Origin: Pseudomonadota bacterium
GTDB lineage: Bacteria > Myxococcota > JACRCW01 > JAFGSX01
Length of the DNA stretch: 54,847 nucleotides
Assembly: GCA_043821645.1 (NCBI GenBank)
Contig: JBDRCO010000029.1
Coordinates: 1-54,847, forward strand
Direction of reading: 5' to 3'
Part shown: one piece after another, positions 1-9,755 of the stretch
Layout: every line of letters starts with the position of its first letter
Numbering within the stretch: position 1 is the stretch's first letter
Made by a program: the position numbers and the translations under genes
The notes under the pieces: generated by a model
What the model was told of the DNA's origin: nothing
Seen by the model: only the letters and a program-made list of their open reading frames with translations
Database searches by the model: none

Positions 1-504
1 GGCGCCGGCGCCGCGGTGCTCACCGCCACCGACCAGGACAAGGGCCTGATCGACGTCTACCTGGGCGCCGATGGCAAGTACGCCGAGTCCCTGGCCGTGC
101 GCAGCATGGGCTCGCGCTGGGAGCGCTTCGTCACCGACGAGCACATCGCCGAGGGCACCATGTACCCGTACATGGAAGGCAACAAGGTGTTCAAGCACGC
201 CATCGTCAAGATGCCGCATGCGATCAAGCTCATCTGCGAGCGCAACAAGCTGTCGCCGCAGGACCTCGACGTGCTCATCGCGCACCAGGCCAACCTGCGC
301 ATCAACGAGATCGTGGGCCGCGCCCTCGAGATCGAGGACAAGGTCTTCAACAATATCCAGAAGGTCGGCAACACCACCGCCGCCTCCATCCCGCTGTGCA
401 TGCGCGACGCCCTGGACGCCGGCTTCCTCAAGCCCGGCCACCTGCTGGCGCTCACCGCCTTCGGCTCGGGCTTCACCTGGGGCTCGGCCCTGGTGCGGAT
501 GTAG
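1..504 (+). CDS. fabH: 3-oxoacyl-ACP synthase III (FabH family), C-terminal part; 5' end lies outside the window
   Basis: Contains G-x-x-VFKHA, the catalytic HQANxRI and GNTTAASIP motifs, and the C-terminal AFGSGFTWG motif. The frame is open from the window start. Confidence 0.88.
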   Translation, partial: GAGAAVLTATDQDKGLIDVYLGADGKYAESLAVRSMGSRWERFVTDEHIAEGTMYPYMEGNKVFKHAIVKMPHAIKLICERNKLSPQDLDVLIAHQANLRINEIVGRALEIEDKVFNNIQKVGNTTAASIPLCMRDALDAGFLKPGHLLALTAFGSGFTWGSALVRM

Positions 505-640
505 ACTTCACCGTCTTCTCGACGTCAGCTCCGCCTTTCCCGTCCTTCCGCGCGGACCTCACATCCGATCAGGGTTGCCCTGGGCCGCTTTGTCCGACAG
601 CATGCCCGCACTTCACACCCCAGCGACGACGAGGTGACCC

Positions 641-2572
641 ATGGCGCTCGGCCACCCCAAGGGACTGTTTCCGCTGTTCTTCACCGAGATGTGGGAGCGG
701 CTGGCCTTCTACACCATGCTGGCCATCCTGGTGCTGTACACCACCGATCTCGAGCGCGGTGGCCTGGGCTTGCCGGCCACCGAGGGCAACGAGATCTACG
801 GCATGTACCTGGCCTTCGTGTACTTCACGCCCTTCATTGGCGGCATGATCGCCGATCGCTTCATCGGCTACAGGCGCGCGGTCCTGGTGGGCGGCATCAG
901 CATGTCGACCGGGTTGTTTCTGATGAGCGTGCCGGGCTACCTGCCCTTCGTCAGCGGCCTGACCTTGCTGGTCGTCGGCAACGGCTTCTTCAAACCCAAC
1001 ATCTCGGTGATGGTCGGCAACCTCTACGAGCCGGGCGACACCAAGCGCGACGCCGGGTTCAACATCTTCTACATGGGCATCAACGTCGGCGCCTTCGTCG
1101 CGGCCTTCCTCGCCGCCAGCGTGCGCAACGAGCTGGGCTGGCTGTGGACCTTCCGGGTCGCCGGCCTCGGTCTGCTGGTCGGCCTGACCATCTTGCTGGT
1201 CAGCTGGAAGACCCTGGAGCGCGCGGACCGCCAACCCGAGAAGAACCCCGACGACACCCCCTTCAGTGTGATCCTGTACAAGATCCTCGGCCCGGCCTTG
1301 GTGGTCGGTCTGGCCGGCTACTTCCTGGCGCGCGCCTACCTGCCTGCCGACTTCGGCATGCGGCCAGCGGTGGCCGGCTTTCTCGCCGGCATGGTACCGG
1401 TGATCATCTTCTTCGTGCGCCTGGGCCTGAAGGCCAGCCCCGACGAGCGCCCGGGCCTGCTGGCCCTGCTGCCTGTGTACCTGGCCGGCGGCACCTTCTT
1501 CATGATCCTGCACCTCAACGGCAGCGCCATGACGCAGTGGGCGCGCGACAACACCGACCGCCAGGTCGAGATGCTGCCCGTGCCCAGGCAAGAGGCCCTG
1601 CCGCGCTACTACCTCAACGCCGGCGAGGACGTGCCGCGGCCGCACCCGGCCAGCCTGCTGACCGTCGACGACCTCAAGATCGCCCGCATGTATGGCCAGC
1701 AGCGCATGGACGAGGCCGCGGTGGCGGCGGTGGCTGCCCGGGGCGAGATCGAGGTGCGGGAGCTGCCCCTCGACGGCGCCGGTGCCGACCCCGCGCTGCT
1801 GCAGCGCGCCAGCAAGGTCTACGCCGACGGCGTGGTCAGCGTGCGCGAGGGCACCGACAGCCACGGCGCACCCACGGTCACCGTCGAGGTGCCCGACGGC
1901 GCCAAGCCGATCAAGCAGGTGGCCTTCGTGCGCCACCTCGACGGCAAGGACATCGCCCTCTTCGTCCTGGACAAGGCCACCTTCGACGAGATGTACCTCG
2001 GCTACCAGAAGAAGTTCGGCAAGCTGCCCCAGGCCCTCGAGCCGGGGGTCTTTCTGCGCGTGGTCAACCCCGAGGTGTACCAGAACTTCAACCCCATCTT
2101 CGTGGTCCTGGGGACCCCGCTGGTGGTGTTCTTCTTCGGCTGGATGGTGCGCCGTGGCCGCGGCATCACCACCGCGCAGAAGATCTTCGGGGGCCTGGTG
2201 CTGACCACGCTGGCGCTGCTGGTGATGGCCCTGGCCGGCTGGCTGAGCGACAACGGCAGCGTCAAGGTCGCCGGGCTGTGGCTGGGTGGCTTCTACCTCA
2301 TCGTCACCCTGGGCGAGCTGTGCCTGTCGCCCATGGGATTGTCCCTGGTCACCAAGCTCTCGCCCAAGCGCCTGGTCGGCCTGACCATGGGCGGCTGGTT
2401 TTTGGCCACCGCCTTTGGCAACAACTTCTCGGGCTTCTTCGGCGGCATACAGGGCCGCATGACGCCGGTGGGTTTCTTCCTGTTGCTGGCCGGGCTGGCG
2501 GCGCTGGCCTCGGGCTTCATCTTCATGCTGCTGCCCAGGCTCGACGCGGCGATCAAGAAGTACGGGGCCTGA
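641..2572 (+). CDS. Proton-dependent oligopeptide transporter (POT/PTR2 family, MFS) with a large soluble insertion
   Basis: N-terminal GHPKGL..FFTEMWERLAFY (ExxER) signature, GGMIADR, GNGFFKPN, GFNIFYMGINVG and ELCLSPMGLS motifs. GAGG RBS before the ATG. Confidence 0.93.
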   Translation: MALGHPKGLFPLFFTEMWERLAFYTMLAILVLYTTDLERGGLGLPATEGNEIYGMYLAFVYFTPFIGGMIADRFIGYRRAVLVGGISMSTGLFLMSVPGYLPFVSGLTLLVVGNGFFKPNISVMVGNLYEPGDTKRDAGFNIFYMGINVGAFVAAFLAASVRNELGWLWTFRVAGLGLLVGLTILLVSWKTLERADRQPEKNPDDTPFSVILYKILGPALVVGLAGYFLARAYLPADFGMRPAVAGFLAGMVPVIIFFVRLGLKASPDERPGLLALLPVYLAGGTFFMILHLNGSAMTQWARDNTDRQVEMLPVPRQEALPRYYLNAGEDVPRPHPASLLTVDDLKIARMYGQQRMDEAAVAAVAARGEIEVRELPLDGAGADPALLQRASKVYADGVVSVREGTDSHGAPTVTVEVPDGAKPIKQVAFVRHLDGKDIALFVLDKATFDEMYLGYQKKFGKLPQALEPGVFLRVVNPEVYQNFNPIFVVLGTPLVVFFFGWMVRRGRGITTAQKIFGGLVLTTLALLVMALAGWLSDNGSVKVAGLWLGGFYLIVTLGELCLSPMGLSLVTKLSPKRLVGLTMGGWFLATAFGNNFSGFFGGIQGRMTPVGFFLLLAGLAALASGFIFMLLPRLDAAIKKYGA

Positions 2573-2613
2573 GTTCGAGCTCGTCGTTGTCAGGGCCCCG
2601 CTGCAGCACCCGC

Positions 2614-4668
2614 TCAGTCCACCAGCTCGAGGCTCAGACCGAAGCTGCCGGCGTGGGTGGCGCCGAAGCCGTCGACCACCACGAAATAGTCCGCGGCGGC
2701 CTGGGTGCTGTTGACCACGCTGAGCGCCGCCCCCTCCTGGTTGCCATAGGCCAGGCAGGCGTTCTCGACGTCGCAGCTGGGCGAGATCACCAGCACGCTG
2801 TCGGTGTCGCCGCTGCCGCTCCAGCTCGTGGTCACGCTCGCGCGCAGGGTCTTGCCCGCCGGCACCTGCACCACGTAGACCTTGTCGGCACCTCCCCCCG
2901 TGCCCGCATAGGTCGTGTAGTAGGTGCAGGCCGTGCCCGCGTTGAAGTAGCGGGCGTAGAGGTTGTGCAGGCCCGTGGTGTCGCCCTGCACGGTGATCGG
3001 CAGGCTCGCGGTCTCGATGCGCTGCGCGCTGTGGCAGCTGTCGCCCGCGGGGAGCTGGGCCGCCGGCGTCAACGCCAGGTTGAGGTCGAACGAACCGCTG
3101 CTCGGGCTGCTGGCGTAGCTCGAGGTGTCCACCAGCAACAGGCGCTGCACGGCCTGGGTGCTGCCGTTGAACAGGTCCAGGTCACCGCTGCGCTGACAGC
3201 TGTGCGCCAGGTCGTCGCAGCCGGAGAGCGCGAACAGCTCGGCCTCGTACCAGTCGGCGGTGAGGCGCGCGCTGAGCAGGGTCTGCGCCGGGATCTCGAC
3301 GCTGAGGTAGAGGTCCTTGCCGCTGTTGCCCGCATAGTCGCAGGCCAGGTCGACCCCGCTGTCGGTGTAGCCGCTGCTGTCGAGCCTGTGCAGCCCGGGC
3401 TGCAGCGCGATGGGCTGGTCGCAGCTGTCGCCTCCCGCGTAGCAGCGCGAGGGCTCGCCAAAGCACTGAAACCCGGCCTCCAGGGCGCAGCCGGGGGAGC
3501 ACCCGTCCTCGGCGCGGGTGTTCCCGTCGTCACAGGCCTCGTTCGCGTCGACCACGCCGTCGCCGCAGCCCATGGCGTGGCACACGCTGACCTGTCCCGC
3601 CGCGGTGTCGCAGGCCCATCCCTCCTCGACCTGGCAGGTGGCGGAGCACCCGTCCTCGGGGGCGGTCGCGGCGTCGTCGCAGCCTTCGCCGATCTCCTGC
3701 AGCCCGTTGCCACAGACAGGGTCCTGGCACAGGACGCTCAGCTGCAGACGCGTGCTGTGGTCGAGCAGGAAGTTGCCCTTGAGATCGTAGGACAGATAGA
3801 AGGTCTCGCCGGCCAGGGCATCGAAGCTCTGCTGCTGGTTCGTGGCATAGCCGTCCTGGGGCGGCGCCACGCAGTCCAGCTCGCCGCTGCACGCCTGCCC
3901 GGCAGCGCGCAGCACGAACAGCTGGTAGGCGCGCAGCAGGCCGTCCAGGGGCGTGGCGGTCACGGTCACCCGGGTGTCCCTGTCCACGGTCAGGGCGTAC
4001 AGGGCCTCGCGGCCCTCGAAGCTGCTGTAGGGGGAGGCGTCGGGGTCGCAGCTGTAGTCGTCGATGCTAGCCAGGCCGACCAGGGTGGTGTCGACGAGGG
4101 TCCCGCTGTCGCAGTCGAGGACGCGCGCCGCCGGGCACAGGCCAGAGCCGGTGCAGGTCGGCTCGCCGTCGTCGGTGCAGCTCTGGCCGCGGCCCGTGCA
4201 GTCGACCCGGGTCTCGGCCAGGCAGGTGGAGCTCGCGCCTGCGGCGTGGGGCGCGCAGATCACCAGGGTGTCGCCCTCGCAGCGACGTGCGACCTCGCTA
4301 CAGGGCGTCAGGCCCTGGCAGGGATCGCCGGCATCGACGGGCTGGCTGACGTCGGGGAGCAGGTCCGCATCGACCGCCACCGAGACGTCCGCGCCCGGCC
4401 TCGCATCGACGGGATGGGAGCTGTCCAGCAGCGTGCTGCTGGCGCTGTCCACGGGACTCGCGTCGTCCGCAGCGGCCCGCGCGTCCGTGCCGGGGTCGCC
4501 GTCCTGCCCCGCCCAGCTGTCAGGGGTCCACTCCGCGTCGCCGCGGAGCCCACCATCGTCCCGCCCGGCGTCGGCGACCGTCGCATCCGGCGGAGCCGGT
4601 TCCACCACCAGGCAGGCCGTCGTCACCAGGGCCAGGAGCAGCGCGGTCTCGATGCTTGTCCTTCGCAC
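2614..4668 (-). CDS. Cys-rich surface lipoprotein with Myxococcus cysteine-rich repeats (DUF4215-like) and PPC-like beta-sandwich domains
   Basis: GTG start at 4668 after GGAGG. Hydrophobic signal ending TTAC, then a D/A-rich linker, two CGxG..E.CDD..EDGCS..C..E.G repeats, and C-terminal ADYFVVVDG domain. Confidence 0.8.
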   Translation of the reverse strand: MRRTSIETALLLALVTTACLVVEPAPPDATVADAGRDDGGLRGDAEWTPDSWAGQDGDPGTDARAAADDASPVDSASSTLLDSSHPVDARPGADVSVAVDADLLPDVSQPVDAGDPCQGLTPCSEVARRCEGDTLVICAPHAAGASSTCLAETRVDCTGRGQSCTDDGEPTCTGSGLCPAARVLDCDSGTLVDTTLVGLASIDDYSCDPDASPYSSFEGREALYALTVDRDTRVTVTATPLDGLLRAYQLFVLRAAGQACSGELDCVAPPQDGYATNQQQSFDALAGETFYLSYDLKGNFLLDHSTRLQLSVLCQDPVCGNGLQEIGEGCDDAATAPEDGCSATCQVEEGWACDTAAGQVSVCHAMGCGDGVVDANEACDDGNTRAEDGCSPGCALEAGFQCFGEPSRCYAGGDSCDQPIALQPGLHRLDSSGYTDSGVDLACDYAGNSGKDLYLSVEIPAQTLLSARLTADWYEAELFALSGCDDLAHSCQRSGDLDLFNGSTQAVQRLLLVDTSSYASSPSSGSFDLNLALTPAAQLPAGDSCHSAQRIETASLPITVQGDTTGLHNLYARYFNAGTACTYYTTYAGTGGGADKVYVVQVPAGKTLRASVTTSWSGSGDTDSVLVISPSCDVENACLAYGNQEGAALSVVNSTQAAADYFVVVDGFGATHAGSFGLSLELVD

Positions 4669-4709
4669 GGTGTACCTCCACTGTGCACCTGGGTGCTGCA
4701 CGGTGCCGT

Positions 4710-5861
4710 TCAATCCACACCGGGGCAGAAGCTGGCGATGCAGACCCCCTGCTCGCAGCCGCCGCTCCGGCACTCGCTGTCCTCGGCGCAGGCCTCACCC
4801 GCGCCGTGATAGGGCTCGCACAGGCCGCTGCCGAACAGGTCGCAGCTGCTGTCCTGGCAGCTGCCCAGCAGGCTGTAGCTGGCGTCGTCGTAGCAGGCCT
4901 CGCCCGCGGCCAGGGCGGCCTCGCCGTCGAGACTCCGACACTGCCCCAGGCCCTCGCTGCTGAGGTCGGCGCAGTCCAGGCCCGTAGCGCAGACCTGCAC
5001 GTCGCCGCCGAAGTACTGGCAGCGCTCGCCCTGGGCGGAGACCGCGACGCAGGTGCCGCTGTCGCCCACCAGGCTGCAGCGCGCGCTGTCCTCGGCGTCG
5101 GGCCGGCAGCACCAGGCCCGCGCCGGGTCGCAGCTGCCGTACACGGCGCCGCCGACTCCGTCGCTGAGCGCACGACAGCTTTGGCCAGGGCCGCGGCTGC
5201 GCTCGAACATGGACCTGCGCTCGTCGCCCCCCGTCGGCGGCAGGTGGGCGAAGCAGGTCGCGTCGGTGAGCGCGCTCCAGGCGTCGTCACCGCAGGCCGC
5301 GTCGCGCAGCGCGTCCAGGCACACCCGGGCAGCCGGGCCGTCGTAGGCCACCTCGCCGGCCTGGGCTGCGACCACCCAGGGTCCCAGCGGCTCCACCTGC
5401 AGCATGTCCGCCACCAGCGCCGGACAGTCCTCGGCGCTCAGCGCGGCGTCGGGCGGCAGCCGTCCCTCGAAACCCGCGTTTCGGAGCCGCTCGCTGTAGC
5501 GATAGCTGCCGAAGTAGCGCTCGCGGTGGCCGTCGCCGCAGCAGCGGAACAGCGTGCCGCAGATGGCCTGGGCCACGACCGGTACAAGGGTGTCGAGCGC
5601 CGGGCCGTCCACGCAGCGGGCCACACCGTCCACGACGCCGCAGGTGGCGTCACCGCAGTCCTGCCATTCGGCGTGCAGGCACGCATCGCTGCCCGAGCTG
5701 CAGACCAGGAGCTGGTTGTCCTGGCAACGCACCTGTGTATCCAGGCAAGCCGGATCGTCCTGACAGACTGCGTCCTCGGCCCCGGGCGCAGCGAAGCAGC
5801 CCAGCAGGCTCCCGAGCGATAGCGCCATGAAGAGACAACTTGTTGTTTTTGTTCGGTTCAT
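4710..5861 (-). CDS. Cys-rich hypothetical lipoprotein
   Basis: Signal peptide with lipobox LLGC, many Cys, GC-biased coding; GGAG upstream. Co-oriented with the downstream lipoprotein gene. Confidence 0.75.
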   Translation of the reverse strand: MNRTKTTSCLFMALSLGSLLGCFAAPGAEDAVCQDDPACLDTQVRCQDNQLLVCSSGSDACLHAEWQDCGDATCGVVDGVARCVDGPALDTLVPVVAQAICGTLFRCCGDGHRERYFGSYRYSERLRNAGFEGRLPPDAALSAEDCPALVADMLQVEPLGPWVVAAQAGEVAYDGPAARVCLDALRDAACGDDAWSALTDATCFAHLPPTGGDERRSMFERSRGPGQSCRALSDGVGGAVYGSCDPARAWCCRPDAEDSARCSLVGDSGTCVAVSAQGERCQYFGGDVQVCATGLDCADLSSEGLGQCRSLDGEAALAAGEACYDDASYSLLGSCQDSSCDLFGSGLCEPYHGAGEACAEDSECRSGGCEQGVCIASFCPGVD

Positions 5862-6281
5862 TGCTCAAACTCCGGTTTGAGGCGCAGCTTCGCCCGCGCA
5901 GCGCAGCCTGCGCATGCCCGCCTGGCATGTTGCAGAAGCCTGGTCCGAGATTCTGAGCTCTTGTTGCGAATCGGAATTAATCTGTCAAGCGGTATATTTG
6001 TATCCCAACATGCTGTTCTATAAAGAAATAGTGCTTCTATGCGAAACTATTCGCGTTCTTGACGCTGTGCGTCTTGAGATTTAACTTCCAGGTGGTAGAA
6101 AAAGAGGCTGCCAGGTAAAGCCCGTGCCCAGCGAGAAGGCAAGAGTGGTAGAAAGAACGAGATCGCTGGGGGGCGCAGGTTGAAGCGAGACAAAAAGTCG
6201 ATGTGCGCTGGATCATCTTCAGTCGCAACGGCACGGACAGCTGGACGATAATCGACCGTGTAGCCTATTGCGGAGCCTGCC

Positions 6282-7553
6282 ATGGTCACGATCAACTCCA
6301 GGGTCAACGCCCCTTCCATCCTCCGCCCTGTCGCTCCGCCCAGCTCCTACAAGCCCGCCCCCAGCCTGGAGGCGGTCGCGCGCGGCGGCACCAGTCTTCG
6401 CCTCGGTCACCAGGGCCCTGCCGTGAGCTCGCTACAGCGACAGCTCAACCAGGCCGGCGCCCAGCCACCGCTGGGTGTGAACGGCAGCTTCGATCCGGCC
6501 ACCGACCTGGCGGTCCGGACCTTCCAGCAACGCAATGGCCTCGAGGTCGACGGCAAGGCCGGGGCGCAGACCCTGAGTGCCCTGAAGAACGGCGCCAGCT
6601 TCGAGCCCTCGCCCACCACTCGTGATCGCAACGAGGCCGTGGCCAGCGTCGGTGGCAACGCGCCTGCGCCTGCGGTGAACGCCGGCGCCAGGACGCCCAA
6701 CCTGAGCTCGCGCACCCGCGCTGGCCTCGACGCCCAGCTCGGAGCCCGCGAGGCGCGCAGCTATCAGGACCTCGACAAGGCCGTGCGCCAGCAGGGGGCC
6801 GTGCTCGGCCGTGGCGACAGCGGCCCCGCCGTGGGCCAGCTGCAAGAGCGGCTCAGCACGCTCGGCTATGGCGTGGGCAAGAGCCAGGTGTTCGGAGCCC
6901 AGACCGAGAGCCAGCTGAAGAAGTTTCAGGCCGATCACCAGGTGCAGCCAACGGGCCTGGTCGGTCCCACCACCCTGGACGCCCTGGACAAGGCCGGGCG
7001 CGCCGAGCAGCAGCACGCGGCAGGCAGCCAGCGCGGCCTCGACACCCCCGTGATCAACCAGCACAGCTCGGGCAGCTACCCCGGGGGCTACTGCGCCATC
7101 ACCGCCCTGCGCATGACCCTGCGCCTCGAGGGCAAGGCCGACCCCGGGGCCGACGCTGTGGCCCTGGGCGGGGCGCACCCCTACAGCCCGGGCGGCGGCT
7201 CCAGCGGCTCGCTGCTGGCGGCGCGGGCGCGCGAGCTGGGCCTGCCCAACGCGCACTACACCACCACCGGCAGCCTCGCCGACGTCAAGGCGCAGCTGGC
7301 GCGCGGCCACGCCGTGCCCATAGGCGGCGAGGGGCGTTTCGTGGGCACCTACGCCGACGGCAGCAATCGAGTCTGGGATCATGCGTACCGCGGCGGCGGC
7401 CACTGGATGGCGGCGGTGGGCTACGACGAGGCGCGCAAGAGCTTCATCGTCAACGACCCTGACCGCGGCGCCCGCATGTACGTCAAGGAGTCCGACTTCG
7501 CACGCTTCTTCACCCCCGACGGCCCGGGCAGCGCGTGGATGATCACGTACTGA
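6282..7553 (+). CDS. Peptidoglycan-binding domain protein (two PG_binding_1-type domains) with C-terminal C39-like cysteine peptidase
   Basis: Two L.RG..GPAV..LQ..L...G......F...T...V..FQ...GL...G.AG..T..AL repeats. C-terminal putative triad: C (GYCAIT), H (GGHWM), D (NDP). GGAG RBS. Confidence 0.85.
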   Translation: MVTINSRVNAPSILRPVAPPSSYKPAPSLEAVARGGTSLRLGHQGPAVSSLQRQLNQAGAQPPLGVNGSFDPATDLAVRTFQQRNGLEVDGKAGAQTLSALKNGASFEPSPTTRDRNEAVASVGGNAPAPAVNAGARTPNLSSRTRAGLDAQLGAREARSYQDLDKAVRQQGAVLGRGDSGPAVGQLQERLSTLGYGVGKSQVFGAQTESQLKKFQADHQVQPTGLVGPTTLDALDKAGRAEQQHAAGSQRGLDTPVINQHSSGSYPGGYCAITALRMTLRLEGKADPGADAVALGGAHPYSPGGGSSGSLLAARARELGLPNAHYTTTGSLADVKAQLARGHAVPIGGEGRFVGTYADGSNRVWDHAYRGGGHWMAAVGYDEARKSFIVNDPDRGARMYVKESDFARFFTPDGPGSAWMITY

Positions 7554-7588
7554 GCATCGACACGCCGACGACGCTGGACAGGACCGTC

Positions 7589-9670
7589 ATGGCCGCCGCT
7601 CCCCGCGCTCGCCGCAGACCGCGCTGCCAAGCCGGCATCCTCACCGCGCTGCTGACCTGGCTCGCCGGCTGCCCCGAGCCGCCGACGGCACCGGCCCTGA
7701 CCCTCGCCGTGGTCGAGGGCCAGCCCGAGCTGCGGCGAGGCGAGCTGCACCTGCACCAGCTCACGACCTGGCTGCTGCTCGACGAGCAGCGGGTGGAGCT
7801 CGCCACCTGCTCGCCCGAGACCACCGCCCGGGGCAACGCGATCGTGCAGCGTGGCCGGTGCGGCGAGGTCGAGGTGCACCTGAGCCTGACCGCGCGCGAC
7901 GACGCGGTCGCGGTGGCGCAGGTGGCGCTGTGGAGCTCCCGCGATCCCCGGCCACGGCTGGGGGGCCTGGGCCTGCGCGGGCGCGTCACCGGTCCCGGCC
8001 GGCCGCGCGGCGTGTACATGGAGGGCTTCGCCTCGTGGAACGCCGCCAACTTCGTCGTCGTCGAGGAGACCAGCGACATCGAGCGCGTGGCGCGCACCGG
8101 CGACAACGACGACTACATCGCCAGCGACGCCCGCGTCAGCTGGTGGACCTCGGCCCTGGCCTACCCCGGCGCGGGCCTGGTCAGCGGCGCGCTCACGGCC
8201 GAGGCCTTCAAGACCCGGGTGCTGACCTACTATGACGCGGCGAGCGAGCGCGAGCAGGTGCAGTGGGAGCTGCGGGTGGGCGACACCGGCGACAGCGTGC
8301 CGGTGGGCAGCGCGGACACACCCCTGCGCAGCGAGGCCCTGTTCATCGGCCTGTTCGACGACGCCGCCTCGGGCCTCGACCGCTACGGCCGCGAGGTGGC
8401 GTCCACCAACGGGCTGCTGCCACAGCCCTACCAGCCCCGGGGCTGGAACTCCTGGAACACCTTCTTCTCCGACATCAGCGCCACCATCATCCTCGACGCG
8501 GCCGGGGCCGCGCGCGCCCAGCTGCCGACGCTGGCGCTCAACAACCTGCAGATCGACGACGGCTGGGAGAAGGCCTGGGGCGACTGGAACGCCAACGCGC
8601 GCTTCCCGGACGGCATGGCCGCGCTCGCGGCCCGGCTCGACGCCCAGGGCTTTGCCCCGGGCCTGTGGTGGGCGCCCTTCCTGGTCGCCGAGGAGCTGCC
8701 CCTGGTGAGCGCGCAGCCCGACTGGTTCCTGCGCGACGCGGCGGGCACGCCGCGGCTGTATCAGACGACGGGAGACGTGCACCGCTACCGCGTGCTCGAC
8801 GTCACCCACCCCGACGCCCGGGCCTTCGTGGTCGACACCTTCGCGCGCTTTGTCGACCAGGGCTACCGCTACATCAAGAGCGACTTCCTGTTCGCCGGCA
8901 CCTTCGAGGGCGCGCGCCACGATCCCGACGTCACCGCGGTGACAGCTTACCGCAACCTGTTCGGCGAGCTGGCCAGCCGGGCGGCCGAGCGCGGGGTCTA
9001 TCTGCTGGCCTGCGGCGCGCCCCTGTTGCCCAGCGTGGGGCGCTTTCACGCCATTCGCACCGGCGAGGACATCGCCGCGGCACACGGTGGCTACAGTGTG
9101 CTCTACAACAAGAACGCCTTTCGCAACGTGGCCTACCGCGCCTACCTGCGCCACGCGCTGGTCAGCGATCCCGACACCGTGTTGCTGCGCGAGCTCGCCC
9201 CCGGCGCGCAGCGCATCAACCTGACCGCGGACCTGCTGGCCGGATCGCTGCTCAATCTGGGCGATGACCTGGGTGCGCTCGACGGGCCGCGCCTCGAGCT
9301 GCTGCGCAGGGTGGCCGAGCCCCCGCTGTCCCTGGCGCTGACGGGCGCGGACGCGCAGCGGGGGTTCTGGGCGCTCGACCTGTTCGCGCAACGCGACCAG
9401 GCCTTTGCCACCAAGTTCGAGTACTTCTTGACCCCGGACGCCTATAGCGTGCCCGCCCGCTGGATGCGCCCCCTCGACGACGGAAGGCTGCTGCTGGCCC
9501 TGTTCAACTGGGACCCGGCGCCGGCGCGGGTCGAGCTGGAGCTGGCACAGCTGCGCGGCGACCGCGAAGGTCCGGTGCGCGAGCTGTGGTCAGACCGCCT
9601 GTTGCAGCCCGTCGACGGCGTGCTGCAGCTCGACCTCCCGGCCACCGACGTGCTGCTGCTGCTGCTTTGA
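7589..9670 (+). CDS. Alpha-galactosidase, GH36/GH27 clan, probably a lipoprotein (start uncertain, 7535-7589)
   Basis: GWNSWN, LQIDDGW, RFPDGM, PGLWWAPF, YIKSDF (nucleophile) and RTGED motifs; LAGC lipobox. Confidence 0.85.
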   Translation: MAAAPRARRRPRCQAGILTALLTWLAGCPEPPTAPALTLAVVEGQPELRRGELHLHQLTTWLLLDEQRVELATCSPETTARGNAIVQRGRCGEVEVHLSLTARDDAVAVAQVALWSSRDPRPRLGGLGLRGRVTGPGRPRGVYMEGFASWNAANFVVVEETSDIERVARTGDNDDYIASDARVSWWTSALAYPGAGLVSGALTAEAFKTRVLTYYDAASEREQVQWELRVGDTGDSVPVGSADTPLRSEALFIGLFDDAASGLDRYGREVASTNGLLPQPYQPRGWNSWNTFFSDISATIILDAAGAARAQLPTLALNNLQIDDGWEKAWGDWNANARFPDGMAALAARLDAQGFAPGLWWAPFLVAEELPLVSAQPDWFLRDAAGTPRLYQTTGDVHRYRVLDVTHPDARAFVVDTFARFVDQGYRYIKSDFLFAGTFEGARHDPDVTAVTAYRNLFGELASRAAERGVYLLACGAPLLPSVGRFHAIRTGEDIAAAHGGYSVLYNKNAFRNVAYRAYLRHALVSDPDTVLLRELAPGAQRINLTADLLAGSLLNLGDDLGALDGPRLELLRRVAEPPLSLALTGADAQRGFWALDLFAQRDQAFATKFEYFLTPDAYSVPARWMRPLDDGRLLLALFNWDPAPARVELELAQLRGDREGPVRELWSDRLLQPVDGVLQLDLPATDVLLLLL

Positions 9671-9755
9671 ACGAGGTGGCGTCGCCCTCCTCGTCGCGGG
9701 CGCCGCTTTGTGCTCTCATCGCGGGACCGCTGGGCGCTGCACCAGGAGGCCGGAC

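Noticed and set aside
634-4809. 1391 aa ORF and other long overlapping or antisense ORFs (e.g. 7421-9391, 32932-35076, 40407-42908)
   Set aside because: Shadow frames typical of high-GC DNA; they overlap genes with clear family motifs.
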